Position numbers and translations under genes: made by a program. A stretch of 62,877 bases of DNA from Blastocatellia bacterium. GTDB lineage: Bacteria; Acidobacteriota; Blastocatellia; Chloracidobacteriales; JADJPF01. This document shows, piece after piece, positions 49,617 to 59,560 of this stretch. Position 1 is the stretch's first letter. Each line of letters starts with the position of its first letter. Location: positions 1 to 62,877 of the forward strand of contig JBDIBI010000015.1 in assembly GCA_039812885.1 (NCBI GenBank), given 5' to 3'. The notes under the pieces were generated by a model. That model was not told where the DNA came from. It ran no database searches and saw nothing but the letters and a program-made list of their open reading frames with translations.

Positions 49617-51092
49617 ATGTCACAACCAACCACTCTAAAAGACCTTAAAAATAGTGAATTTAGTGAAGAGAAATATCGCAATCGCTCTGTAAAAATAGAG
49701 ATGCGGGAAAACCTAATAAATAAACTAACTAATGGAGAAACTCTTTTTCCTGGTGTTGTTGGCTATGATGATAGTGTTATCCCACAAATAACTAACGCTA
49801 TTCTTGCCCGACATAACTTTATTTTGTTAGGGCTAAGAGGACAAGCTAAAAGCCGCATTCTACGTAATCTTGTTAGCCTTTTAGATGAACACCTTCCTGT
49901 TATCACTGGTTGTGAAATAAATGATAATCCTTATGCCCCACTATGTAGGGCTTGTCGTAACCTAATAGATGAAAGAGGAGACAACATTCCAATCAGCTTT
50001 ATTTCTCGTGATCGTCGTTATGTAGAAAAACTTGCAACTCCTGATGTTACAATTGCGGATCTAATTGGAGATGTTGATCCAATTAAAGCAGCTAGAAGCG
50101 GCTATTTGCTCTCTAGCGAACTTACCATTCATTATGGACTACTTCCTCGCGCTAATCGCGGCATTTTTGCTATCAATGAATTACCTGATTTAGCAGGAAA
50201 AATTCAAGTTGGCTTGTTTAATATCATGCAAGAAGGTGATATCCAAATTAAAGGCTATCCTATAAGATTGCCTTTAGATGTTGAACTGGTATTTTCTGCT
50301 AATCCAGAAGATTATACAGCTCGTGGAAAAATAATAACTCCACTTAAAGACCGTATTGGAGCAGAAATTCACACTCATTATCCATCAACAGTTGAAGCAG
50401 GTATTGAAATTACAAAACAAGAAGCTTGGACTAAACGCTATCCTAAAGACATCATTCAAATTCCTTCTTATATTTTAGAAATAGTTGAACAAATTGCTTT
50501 TATTGCTCGTGAAGATACTAGAATTGATAAACGCTCTGGTGTAAGCCAACGTCTTCCTATTAGTACTTTAGAAAGTATTGTTAGTAATGCTGAGCGCCGT
50601 GCATTAGTTAATAAAAGCGATCTAGTTGTACCTCGTATTAGTGATATTTACGCTTCTTTACCAACTATCACAGGAAAACTAGAACTAGAATATGAAGGTG
50701 AACAGCTAGGAGCTGCCCGTATTGCAAGTGAATTAATAAAACGTGCAGTTGGTCAAGTCTTTATGAAATACTTTGGAAAAACCAACTTTTCTTTGATAGT
50801 AGACTGGTTTAATTTAGGTGGTACTATTAAAACCTCTGATAGCATTAAGGATGAGGATTACATATCTATTCTTAAGTCAATTAATGGTCTATCTCATTTA
50901 CTTAAAAACGTTAAAAACATACATATAGAACATCCTAGTTTATTAGTTTCAGCCGCAGAATTTTTACTTGAAGGTTTGTATGCACAAAAGAAAATCTCTC
51001 GTGGTGAACAAAATATTTATGCAGCAAACAAAGCTGAAAAACCATCTCGTTATAGTGTTGCTGATTGGTCAGATTTAGACGGCGTAAACTAA
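49617..51092 (+). CDS. AAA+ ATPase of the Mg-chelatase ChlI/BchI/MoxR-like clade with an atypical Walker A
   Basis: VVGYDDSVIPQITNAILARHNFILLGLRGQAKSRIL parallels ChlI IVGQEE...GDRGTGKST. The Walker A reads GLRGQAKS, with Ala where the canonical Gly sits. A Walker B-like GIFAINELPDL is present. Contains a Cys cluster CEINDNPYAPLCRAC. Family assignment is by motif only. Confidence 0.5.
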   Translation: MSQPTTLKDLKNSEFSEEKYRNRSVKIEMRENLINKLTNGETLFPGVVGYDDSVIPQITNAILARHNFILLGLRGQAKSRILRNLVSLLDEHLPVITGCEINDNPYAPLCRACRNLIDERGDNIPISFISRDRRYVEKLATPDVTIADLIGDVDPIKAARSGYLLSSELTIHYGLLPRANRGIFAINELPDLAGKIQVGLFNIMQEGDIQIKGYPIRLPLDVELVFSANPEDYTARGKIITPLKDRIGAEIHTHYPSTVEAGIEITKQEAWTKRYPKDIIQIPSYILEIVEQIAFIAREDTRIDKRSGVSQRLPISTLESIVSNAERRALVNKSDLVVPRISDIYASLPTITGKLELEYEGEQLGAARIASELIKRAVGQVFMKYFGKTNFSLIVDWFNLGGTIKTSDSIKDEDYISILKSINGLSHLLKNVKNIHIEHPSLLVSAAEFLLEGLYAQKKISRGEQNIYAANKAEKPSRYSVADWSDLDGVN

Positions 51093-51093
51093 T

Positions 51094-52545
51094 ATGGATG
51101 AGCTATATTACTGGCCTGCTACACAAATAGCTAATGCTATTCTAGAGCGAAAAGTTTCTGCTGTAGAAGTATTAGATATTCATCTTAAGAGAATCTCTGA
51201 ACATAATCCTAAAGTAAATGCAATAATTCTTTTAGATGAAAAGCAAGCTAGAAAAAAGGCAAAAGAAGCTGATGAGGCTTTAGCTAAAGGAGAAATTTGG
51301 GGGCCACTTCATGGTCTACCCTTCACAGCTAAAGATACTTATGTAACTAATGGCCTTCGCACTTGTTTTGGTAACCCACTTTATAAAAATCATATCCCTA
51401 ATTGTGATGCAACCCTTGTAGCAAAATTAAAACAGGCAGGAGCTATACTTTTAGGTAAAACCAATGCTCCAGATTTTTCATTTGATTGGCAAACCAATAG
51501 TTCTCTATTTGGTCGAACTTCTAATCCCTACAACCTAGATTACATAGTTGGGGGGAGTTCAGGAGGCTCAGCAGCAGCACTTGCCACTGGTTTTACTTCT
51601 ATTTGCCTAGGTAGTGATATTGCTGGCTCTTTGCGTGTACCTGCTCATTGTTGCGGAGTTTGTACTATTCGCCCAACTGAACAAGCTTTATCAGACTTCG
51701 GTCATTATATGTTACCAGATCAGCCTAAAATAGGACGTAATATGGTAACCTGTGGCCCTCTAACACGTAATATTGAGGATCTCAAGCTAGCTGTTTCAAT
51801 TTTGTGGGGGCAAGATGATAATAACTGGACAATTGCTCCTGTGAATCTAAAAAACCAGCCTCCAGTAACTTCATTAAAAGGATTAAAGATTGCCTACAGC
51901 TCTACCCTAGGGAATGTTACGGTTTGTCAAGATACTAAAAAAGCTTTAGAAAAATTGTTAGTCCAATTGACTCAAGCAGGTTGTTCTGTTAAAGAAGCCT
52001 ATCCAAAGGATCTTGAGGCTAATTATGCTCAAGAAGTTTGGGGAATAATTTGTGGTGTAGCTGATATGCAATCATCTTTACCTAACTTTGTACCTAAGCT
52101 ACTACCTAAACTTTGGTTGCGTTCTAAATTTTCCCAAGCTAGGTTTGCCAAAAGTTTAATTAAAGGGATTAATAGTTCTTATCGTGACCTTATGTTTGCG
52201 TTAGAAGCGCGTGATAAACTTATTAAAACCTCTACAGAGTTTTTCAGAGAATATGATATATGGATTACTCCCGTAGGTGCAACTACTGCATTCAAACACT
52301 GTAAAACTGGAAGCAAAATTCCTATAGATAACACTTTTATTCCCTATTCAGAAGTTTTTGCACCTTTTAATTGCCCAACAACACTCCTAGCAAATCCTAT
52401 TGTAACAATGCCTATTGGCTTTTCTACCAGTAACTTACCTATAGGCATTCAATTACATGGAAAACGCTGGAATGATTGGAAAACTTTGGAAATAGCTAAG
52501 TTACTAGAAACTTTAATAGGTGGATTTCAACCACCAAAACTTTAA
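51094..52545 (+). CDS. Amidase-signature family amidohydrolase
   Basis: GGSSGGSAAALATG...GSDIAGSLRVPA is the amidase-signature motif with catalytic Ser. Lys near FTAKD. Lies 2 nt after the AAA+ gene. Confidence 0.75.
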   Translation: MDELYYWPATQIANAILERKVSAVEVLDIHLKRISEHNPKVNAIILLDEKQARKKAKEADEALAKGEIWGPLHGLPFTAKDTYVTNGLRTCFGNPLYKNHIPNCDATLVAKLKQAGAILLGKTNAPDFSFDWQTNSSLFGRTSNPYNLDYIVGGSSGGSAAALATGFTSICLGSDIAGSLRVPAHCCGVCTIRPTEQALSDFGHYMLPDQPKIGRNMVTCGPLTRNIEDLKLAVSILWGQDDNNWTIAPVNLKNQPPVTSLKGLKIAYSSTLGNVTVCQDTKKALEKLLVQLTQAGCSVKEAYPKDLEANYAQEVWGIICGVADMQSSLPNFVPKLLPKLWLRSKFSQARFAKSLIKGINSSYRDLMFALEARDKLIKTSTEFFREYDIWITPVGATTAFKHCKTGSKIPIDNTFIPYSEVFAPFNCPTTLLANPIVTMPIGFSTSNLPIGIQLHGKRWNDWKTLEIAKLLETLIGGFQPPKL

Positions 52546-52589
52546 GAATAAATTTTAAAGGTAATTTACACTAAGTCTATTTTAGAGTA

Positions 52590-53597
52590 ATGAAATTTCT
52601 TAATCCTAATTTACTTTGGTTATTACTACTGAATTTAATTATTATTTATATCTGGTATAGTCGCCACTATAGATCAACCACAGTATATATTTCTAATATT
52701 GCCTCGTTACGTGAAGCTAGCCTTAAGTCTAGTTTACGCAAGCAATTAACTAAAGGGCTTATTCTACTAAGAATCTTAGCATTTTCTTGTTTAATTGTTG
52801 CATTAGCTAGACCTCAATCCTTAGATAAAGTTGAAGAAGTCAAAACAGATGTAGTTGATATCATTATAGCTATGGATATTTCCTTAAGTATGGGAGCATT
52901 AGATTTCCAAGACTCAAATAGATTAGCAACAGCTAAAGAAATAATTTCACAATTTATTGATAGACGTCATTCTGATCGTTTAGGATTGATAACTTTTGCA
53001 GCTTATAGCCAACTCAGATCCCCTCTTACGCTAGATTACTCAATGCTACAAGCATTATTAAAAGATGTAGATTTAGTAGATCGCAATGATGTTGAAGGAA
53101 ATGGAACAGCAATAGGTATTGCTATTGCCAGCAGTGTTAATCATTTACGTCATTCTGATGCTAAAAGCAGGGTTATAATATTACTTACAGATGGAGATAA
53201 CAACGTTACAACAATTGAACCTCAAACCGCAGCTGAAATTGCCCATACCTTAGGGGTTAAAGTTTATACAATTGGGATTGGTACTAGCGGAATGGTAAAA
53301 ATGCCTAGCAATAGAATTGGAGATCCTCCTGGAGTATATACCCTACAACCTTCTACTTTTAATGAAACTACTCTACGACAAATTGCTAACACTACTGGAG
53401 GGAAATATTATCGTGCCACTAATCGTCAAGCGTTAGAATCAATTTTTAAAGATATTGATAGCTTAGAACGTACAAAATTACCAATGAAACGCTATGAACA
53501 TTACAAAGAAGAATTTTCTTTTTGGCTAATTATTTCAGCTTGTGCATTTTTATTAGAGCTATTATTACAACATAGCTACTTACGAGTTTTACCTTAA
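52590..53597 (+). CDS. Membrane-anchored von Willebrand factor A (VWA) protein, BatA-like
   Basis: Two N-terminal transmembrane helices, a MIDAS-containing VWA domain (DIIIAMDISLSM...ILLTDGDNN), and a C-terminal transmembrane helix. Confidence 0.7.
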   Translation: MKFLNPNLLWLLLLNLIIIYIWYSRHYRSTTVYISNIASLREASLKSSLRKQLTKGLILLRILAFSCLIVALARPQSLDKVEEVKTDVVDIIIAMDISLSMGALDFQDSNRLATAKEIISQFIDRRHSDRLGLITFAAYSQLRSPLTLDYSMLQALLKDVDLVDRNDVEGNGTAIGIAIASSVNHLRHSDAKSRVIILLTDGDNNVTTIEPQTAAEIAHTLGVKVYTIGIGTSGMVKMPSNRIGDPPGVYTLQPSTFNETTLRQIANTTGGKYYRATNRQALESIFKDIDSLERTKLPMKRYEHYKEEFSFWLIISACAFLLELLLQHSYLRVLP

Positions 53598-53612
53598 AGT
53601 TTTTAAATGTTT

Positions 53613-54773
53613 TTAATGAAAAGTATCTCCTAACTTCTTTTCTAACAATAATTTTTCCATCATTAATCCAGCTTGGCTAATTAAAATTTCTAACTCATCC
53701 AAACTACCTATCCCGCGATCACCTGGATAATTATCTCCATATAAAATGACTCTAGCTTTATTTTCAACTACTAGAGGAATTCCAAAAGCTGTCAAACTTA
53801 AACCTTCTCCACCCATTTGCTTAACAATTTCACGATCATAACTATTAGAATCTAAAGGAGCAATCTGAGTTTTACAAGTTTTAACAACTCTACTTAAAAG
53901 TGAAGGTTGTTCTAAATTAATTACGATGCTGTTATCAGTTGATACACTATCAGCAGACAGTCCAAATTGACCTAAACCCTCCACTTCAAACTCTTTTACT
54001 AAGAAAAGTACCCCTCGGCTACAAACCTCACTAGCAAGTCTCATAATTAACAACGTCACTTCCCCTTGAAATGACTGTTGTTTTAACTCTTCCAACAAGT
54101 ATTTTAAGTGTAATATAGCTTTTTCGGCAGAATTTATACTTTCTAAATCATCCCTAGATCGATTTGCTTCAACATAATCATCTAATTCTTTTAATAAATC
54201 TTCACTACTAGTAGGTGGGGGAGGTAGAGTTTTTTTAATTTCTGGTAAAGTACCATCTCGACGTTTTTCATCTAGTAGTTTGGTAGCTTCTAAAATTAAT
54301 TCATCTATATTTAAGCCTTCTGTATAAACATAATCCTGTGTAATATAAGGTAAGCCTCTACCTATAGGAATAGCATTTAGTTTAATTTCAAAAGTGCCTC
54401 GCTTCCAAGATAACAATTCTGCTATAGAACTTTGAATCTGGCTTTTTATAGCTTTTAATAAATAATCCCTGCTTATTTTACCTTTTTCTACCAAAATTGA
54501 ACCAATAAGCCTAGGTTTGGGCATGGAGTTTTGAATTTCTAAAGCTTCTTCCATTTCTTCATAAGTAATTATTTTATCTTGCACCAAAATTTCGCCTAAA
54601 GAGTAAAGTATAGAATCTGTACTAGCTTGTACTATTTTGCCACGAATAAAAACCAACATCCCTCTTTGACCCTGATCTCCACGCAAAATTAACGTACCTG
54701 TTTTACAACTTAACGCTAAAATCTGTAGAATGTCGGTAAGCGGAAAATCGCTTAACTGTCCAGTTAACTCCAT
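53613..54773 (-). CDS. DUF4388-domain protein (PATAN-like N-terminal domain), hypothetical regulator
   Basis: The N-terminal GQLSDFPLTDILQILALSCKTGTLIL is the hallmark of DUF4388. Confidence 0.55.
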   Translation of the reverse strand: MELTGQLSDFPLTDILQILALSCKTGTLILRGDQGQRGMLVFIRGKIVQASTDSILYSLGEILVQDKIITYEEMEEALEIQNSMPKPRLIGSILVEKGKISRDYLLKAIKSQIQSSIAELLSWKRGTFEIKLNAIPIGRGLPYITQDYVYTEGLNIDELILEATKLLDEKRRDGTLPEIKKTLPPPPTSSEDLLKELDDYVEANRSRDDLESINSAEKAILHLKYLLEELKQQSFQGEVTLLIMRLASEVCSRGVLFLVKEFEVEGLGQFGLSADSVSTDNSIVINLEQPSLLSRVVKTCKTQIAPLDSNSYDREIVKQMGGEGLSLTAFGIPLVVENKARVILYGDNYPGDRGIGSLDELEILISQAGLMMEKLLLEKKLGDTFH

Positions 54774-54998
54774 ATTTTTACCTTTTGAAAATTACTTGTC
54801 CTTACTTGTACTAGAAAAAATACCTACAGATATACCCAAAAACACAAATACCTCTCAAGACTATAGTAGCTATAGCATTATTTCTGAGCAATGCGTTTTT
54901 AGCTTAGTAATTAGTCAAGGCACTAATTTACTTATTTGATCTTACTTAATGAATATTAAGAGCTTGTTACATTTTTATTACTAAGTTAGGATGCCATT

Positions 54999-55673
54999 AT
55001 GTCCAGTAAAAAAGCGAAGACATTTGTCAGACAAACCAAATCCATTGAACCTGAATATATTGCTGAAATAATAGCACGTTTAAGGCAATTTTATCCTAAT
55101 GCACAATGTTCCCTTAACTATAACACAACTTTTGAACTCTTAGTGGCAACCATTCTTTCTGCTCAATGTACTGATGAGCGTGTAAATAAGGTAACAGAGA
55201 CACTTTTTCGCAAATATCGCACAGTGGCAGATTATGCAAATAGCGATCTATCTGAGCTTGAGCAAGATGTTCATCCAACAGGTTTTTTCCGTAATAAGGC
55301 TAAAAATATTCAATCTACAGCAATAAAAATTTTAGAAGAATACAATGGTCAAGTTCCACAAACTATGAACCAATTACTTACTTTACCTGGAGTAGCTCGT
55401 AAAACAGCCAATGTGGTTTTAGGAAATGCTTTTGATCAAGCTGTAGGTATAGTTGTAGATACTCATGTTAGACGTATTTCACAAAGATTAGGTTTAACCT
55501 CTGAAAATAGTCCTGAAAAAATAGAAAAAGATTTAGTAAAAATAATTCCGCAAAATGATTGGATAGATTTCTCTCACTTGCTTATTTATCATGGGCGCAG
55601 CCTATGTAAAGCTGCTAGACCTCAATGTTCAAAATGCTTCTTATCTGATATTTGCCCTAGTAAAGAAGCGTAA
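54999..55673 (+). CDS. nth: Endonuclease III (Nth), DNA glycosylase/AP lyase
   Basis: HhH-GPD motif LPGVARKTANVVL, the catalytic Lys/Asp region, and the [4Fe-4S] cluster CKAARPQCSKCFLSDIC. Confidence 0.85.
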   Translation: MSSKKAKTFVRQTKSIEPEYIAEIIARLRQFYPNAQCSLNYNTTFELLVATILSAQCTDERVNKVTETLFRKYRTVADYANSDLSELEQDVHPTGFFRNKAKNIQSTAIKILEEYNGQVPQTMNQLLTLPGVARKTANVVLGNAFDQAVGIVVDTHVRRISQRLGLTSENSPEKIEKDLVKIIPQNDWIDFSHLLIYHGRSLCKAARPQCSKCFLSDICPSKEA

Positions 55674-55684
55674 TCTATAGCCTT

Positions 55685-56251
55685 ATGCGCACAGAAATAT
55701 TATCTTGGGAAGATTTAACTCTAAATGAGCAAACTGCTACAGCGGCAATATTTCCTAGTCAATTAGAAGCTATTAGCCTTTTTAATTCTCTATCTCAAGT
55801 AGCTCGTGATTCTTTAATTAATATCTACTATCTAATGTCGAGTGAAAAAGTTGCTGGTAATTTATGGCAATATGTCAAATCACTACGTTGGGCAGGGCAA
55901 AATCAAATTGGTATTTATGCTTTTACACTAGATAATATACGCAAGCAAATTGAAATGTCTAATAATTTTATTGCTGATGGGTGGATAACTTGCAATTTCA
56001 AAAACTGTCTTTGGAGCTTACGACAAGTAGAAGTGGATAAAAAGGCTATTTCAGAATATGGACTTCAGGTCTATCGCCCTAATGATCCAGCACAACCTGA
56101 CTTGTTAGTTATAGATATAGACACTATTGTTTTTTCTTCTTGGTTAGCTTGGCCTGAACATGCAATAGATATTTTACGGCCAGACCCATCCTTAAATGAC
56201 CCTTTGCGTGCTCGACGCACATTAATAGCACGAGGCATCTTCCCTCAGTAG
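55685..56251 (+). CDS. Hypothetical protein
   Basis: 188-aa ORF beginning 12 nt after the nth stop. No recognisable motif. Confidence 0.35.
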   Translation: MRTEILSWEDLTLNEQTATAAIFPSQLEAISLFNSLSQVARDSLINIYYLMSSEKVAGNLWQYVKSLRWAGQNQIGIYAFTLDNIRKQIEMSNNFIADGWITCNFKNCLWSLRQVEVDKKAISEYGLQVYRPNDPAQPDLLVIDIDTIVFSSWLAWPEHAIDILRPDPSLNDPLRARRTLIARGIFPQ

Positions 56252-56317
56252 CATCGCTGTGATAATCTGTTGATTTTCATCATAAAGATTTACAACAAAG
56301 AAAGGATATTTTGATCA

Positions 56318-57709
56318 ATGACTAAAATGATCTTTGGGCCAACATTTGCCGAAATGTTAGATCCTTCTCAAATTCCTACAGAAATTCGTAGCCGTGCCTT
56401 AGCAGCTAAAACAGCAGATCCTCTCAACCCTATTAACCTTTACAATCTGACTTGGAAAAATGAATACGGCCGAGTAAATTATATTGTTCTACCTCAAGAA
56501 CTTACGGGAATTGAAGCCAATGTTGTAGTTCTTTATGGAAAAGAGTTTCCAACTGGTAGTCATAAAGTTGGTCCCACCTATTCCATTGCAATGGAAAAGC
56601 AACTAGCAGGGGAAATTGAACCTGGCCGAGATACTTTAGTTTGGCCTTCTACTGGTAATTTTGGAATTGGTGGTGCTTGGGTAGGCCCTAGACTTGGTTA
56701 TGATTCTCTAGTTCTGCTTCCTGAAATGATGAGCCAAGAACGTTTTGATAAAATTACTAGTTATGGAGCAAAATACATTAAGACTGTTGGTTGCGAAAGT
56801 AACGTGAAGGAAATCTACGATAAAACTAAAGAGCTTTCAGCAGCAGATTCTAAAAATAAAATCTTAAATCAGTTTCAAGAATTTGGTAATTACCGCTTTC
56901 ACTATGGTGTTACAGGAAATAGCATAATTGATGCAGTAAAAGATTTAGCCCAACGAGGCAAAGGAAATGGCCGTGTAGCAGCATTTGTTTCTGCAATGGG
57001 TTCTTCTGGCACAATAGCTGCTGGAGATAGAATTAAACAACAATTTTATGAAGCTAAAACAGTTGGTCTAGAACCTATTCAATGTCCAACTATGTACAAT
57101 AATGGTTATGGTGGACATGATATTCAAGGCATAGGAGATAAACATGTTACTTGGATCCATAACGTCTTAAATATGGATGCTATAATGTGTATTGATGATA
57201 TTGAATGTAAAAAAGGTCTTCAACTCCTTACTCACGAAACAGGAATGAAAGTCTTATCAAAGCGTTTTGGTATTCCTACTGAGGTTTTAGAACCTATTTC
57301 CCAAATTTTTGGTATTTCTGGCATTTGTAATGTTTTAGGAGCAATCAAAACAGCAAAATATTTTGAATTAGGTAAAAATGAAAATATTGTAACTGTTGCC
57401 ACTGACTCTATAGACCGTTATCCTTCTGTTTTAAATGAACTAACTAAAACCTATGGACCAATGGATGAGACTGAAGCTGCAATTAGAACAGTTTCTATAT
57501 TTCACAATGTAAAATTAGATTGGATCAAAGAAGGTACAATGGATGTTAAGAAATCTTGGTTGAACCTTAAATATTATACTTGGGTTGAACAACAAGGTAA
57601 AACTGTTGACGAATTAAATGCACAACGTGATCCTGAGTTTTGGCTTGCTCATCAAGCTAAAATAGCTGATATTGATAAGCAAATTCTTGCTAACAGAAGG
57701 TTTTTCTAA
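56318..57709 (+). CDS. PLP-dependent enzyme of the tryptophan-synthase-beta superfamily (fold type II); function unknown
   Basis: FPTGSHKVGP is a candidate PLP-lysine motif, compared with TGSFKDR in threonine synthases. Gly-rich PLP-phosphate loops STGNFGIGGAW and SAMGSSGT. Confidence 0.5.
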   Translation: MTKMIFGPTFAEMLDPSQIPTEIRSRALAAKTADPLNPINLYNLTWKNEYGRVNYIVLPQELTGIEANVVVLYGKEFPTGSHKVGPTYSIAMEKQLAGEIEPGRDTLVWPSTGNFGIGGAWVGPRLGYDSLVLLPEMMSQERFDKITSYGAKYIKTVGCESNVKEIYDKTKELSAADSKNKILNQFQEFGNYRFHYGVTGNSIIDAVKDLAQRGKGNGRVAAFVSAMGSSGTIAAGDRIKQQFYEAKTVGLEPIQCPTMYNNGYGGHDIQGIGDKHVTWIHNVLNMDAIMCIDDIECKKGLQLLTHETGMKVLSKRFGIPTEVLEPISQIFGISGICNVLGAIKTAKYFELGKNENIVTVATDSIDRYPSVLNELTKTYGPMDETEAAIRTVSIFHNVKLDWIKEGTMDVKKSWLNLKYYTWVEQQGKTVDELNAQRDPEFWLAHQAKIADIDKQILANRRFF

Positions 57710-57758
57710 AAATTTATCAATATATCACTTTTTACTTTTAGGTTTTGTTGAGAACAAT

Positions 57759-58175
57759 ATGAAAAACAAAATAATTATTGGCTTAGTAGCTATTATTATT
57801 GTAGTTGCAGCATTAATATTTACACATCCACAATATCTTAGTAATAGTAAAATTCGCATATTAATTACACATTATGATTATCGTCGTGGATATGTTGAAT
57901 TATCAGGTATAGCAGATAACATTGGAAAATCTCCTGTAAAAAGTAATCCCCCGCTTCATGTAAGAATATTTGATAATGAAAAAAATACTATTACAGAAAG
58001 TACAGTCTATTTAATGCAATTACAAAATGATAATCCTGATAAAACTCCTCAATCTTTTGGAGAATTTGATTGTTTAATAAAAATTCCTCCAGGACATGAT
58101 TTTGTTAATTGGGAATTAAATGTTGAAGGTGTGTCTTACATAGTTGAACAAAAAAATAAGCCTTTAACGGAGTAA
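57759..58175 (+). CDS. Small membrane-anchored hypothetical protein
   Basis: The start is taken at the internal ATG giving MKNKIIIGLVAIIIVVAALIF (a signal-anchor). The ORF track began earlier at 57672. Confidence 0.35.
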   Translation: MKNKIIIGLVAIIIVVAALIFTHPQYLSNSKIRILITHYDYRRGYVELSGIADNIGKSPVKSNPPLHVRIFDNEKNTITESTVYLMQLQNDNPDKTPQSFGEFDCLIKIPPGHDFVNWELNVEGVSYIVEQKNKPLTE

Positions 58176-58181
58176 TTTATA

Positions 58182-58586
58182 ATGAAACTAAAATACTTAT
58201 TATTTATATTTTTATCATTAATGTTATTTTTTTCTATTTCTTGTAAAGAACAAATAGAAGACCCAACTCCTGAATGGAAAAAAAATCAAGTAAAAGTAGT
58301 AAATGATTTTTTTGCTCAGATTGTTGCAGGTAAAGATGGAGATAAATTATATTGCCCTGGAGATGGAATAAAAAACAATTTAATTTATGGTGTTCAAAGT
58401 TGGAATATTATTGATGATAAAGGAACTTCTCAACAAGTTGGACAATTTGATGTTCAATTAAATTGTGATCAAAATGGTAAAAAAGTAGTTGAGAAATGGA
58501 CAATCTCATTATTCCGAGTTAGTGAAGATAATTTTGATTATTGTATTTATAAAATTGTTCCATTAGAAGATGAACAAAACAAATAA
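58182..58586 (+). CDS. Small lipoprotein, hypothetical
   Basis: Signal peptide plus Cys (LMLFFSISCKEQ). Confidence 0.4.
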   Translation: MKLKYLLFIFLSLMLFFSISCKEQIEDPTPEWKKNQVKVVNDFFAQIVAGKDGDKLYCPGDGIKNNLIYGVQSWNIIDDKGTSQQVGQFDVQLNCDQNGKKVVEKWTISLFRVSEDNFDYCIYKIVPLEDEQNK

Positions 58587-58635
58587 ATTAATTTCTCTAG
58601 TTTACAATTAGTTTTTAAGGAGTTTTTCGTTATTT

Positions 58636-59505
58636 ATGTTACAAACAATTAAGTCTTTTGTTCCAACACCTGTTAAAGAAGCTATTAAGAGTGGTGGTCG
58701 AGCTGTTACAGGCAATTTAAGATTAATGCCAGACTTTATTGTTATTGGTGGTCAAAAATGTGGTACAACATCTTTATATCATTACTTAATGTCACATCCT
58801 TACATAATTAGTCCAACGATTAAACAAATACATTTCTTTGATAACAATTTTGATAAAGGTGTAACTTGGTATCGTACACATTTCCCTTCTTACTTTTATA
58901 AATACTATTTAGAACAAAAATATAAAAAGCCAATAATTACAGGTGAAGCAACTCCTTATTATATCTTTCATCCAGTCGCTCCTAAACGTATTGCTCAATT
59001 TGTTCCTAAAGCTAAATTTATTCTTTTACTTAGAAACCCTATTGATCGAGCTTATTCACATTACCATCATGAATTACGCAAAGGTACAGAGAAATTAACC
59101 TTTGAACAAGTAGTTGATCAAGAACCAGAGCGTTTAGCAGGTGAACGAGAGAAAATGATTGCTGATGAAACTTACTATAGTGCTAATTATCAACGTTATT
59201 CATACTTAGCACGTGGTATTTATGTTGATCAAATAAATGAATGGTTTAAATATTTTCCTCGCGAACAAATCCTTATTATTAAAAGCGAAGACATGCACTC
59301 TGAACTAAATGCAACTGTAAATCAAATATTAGATTTCCTAAATGTACCTAAACATCCTGACTTTCATTTAAAAAGTGACCAATTTTATAATGTTGGTAAA
59401 TATGACAAAATGGATACTAAGATGAGAGAACGTTTAACAGAGTATTATAGACCTCATAATGAGCGTTTGTACAAATTACTAAATAGAGATTTTGGTTGGA
59501 AGTGA
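58636..59505 (+). CDS. PAPS-dependent sulfotransferase family protein
   Basis: The 5'-PSB motif IVIGGQKCGTTSL and the 3'-PB region LLLRNPIDRAYSHY are typical of cytosolic or carbohydrate sulfotransferases. Confidence 0.7.
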   Translation: MLQTIKSFVPTPVKEAIKSGGRAVTGNLRLMPDFIVIGGQKCGTTSLYHYLMSHPYIISPTIKQIHFFDNNFDKGVTWYRTHFPSYFYKYYLEQKYKKPIITGEATPYYIFHPVAPKRIAQFVPKAKFILLLRNPIDRAYSHYHHELRKGTEKLTFEQVVDQEPERLAGEREKMIADETYYSANYQRYSYLARGIYVDQINEWFKYFPREQILIIKSEDMHSELNATVNQILDFLNVPKHPDFHLKSDQFYNVGKYDKMDTKMRERLTEYYRPHNERLYKLLNRDFGWK

Positions 59506-59560
59506 GATTTACTTTCTAACTTTTCTAATAAACACTTTTTCAGTCTAATTTACAAAATAA

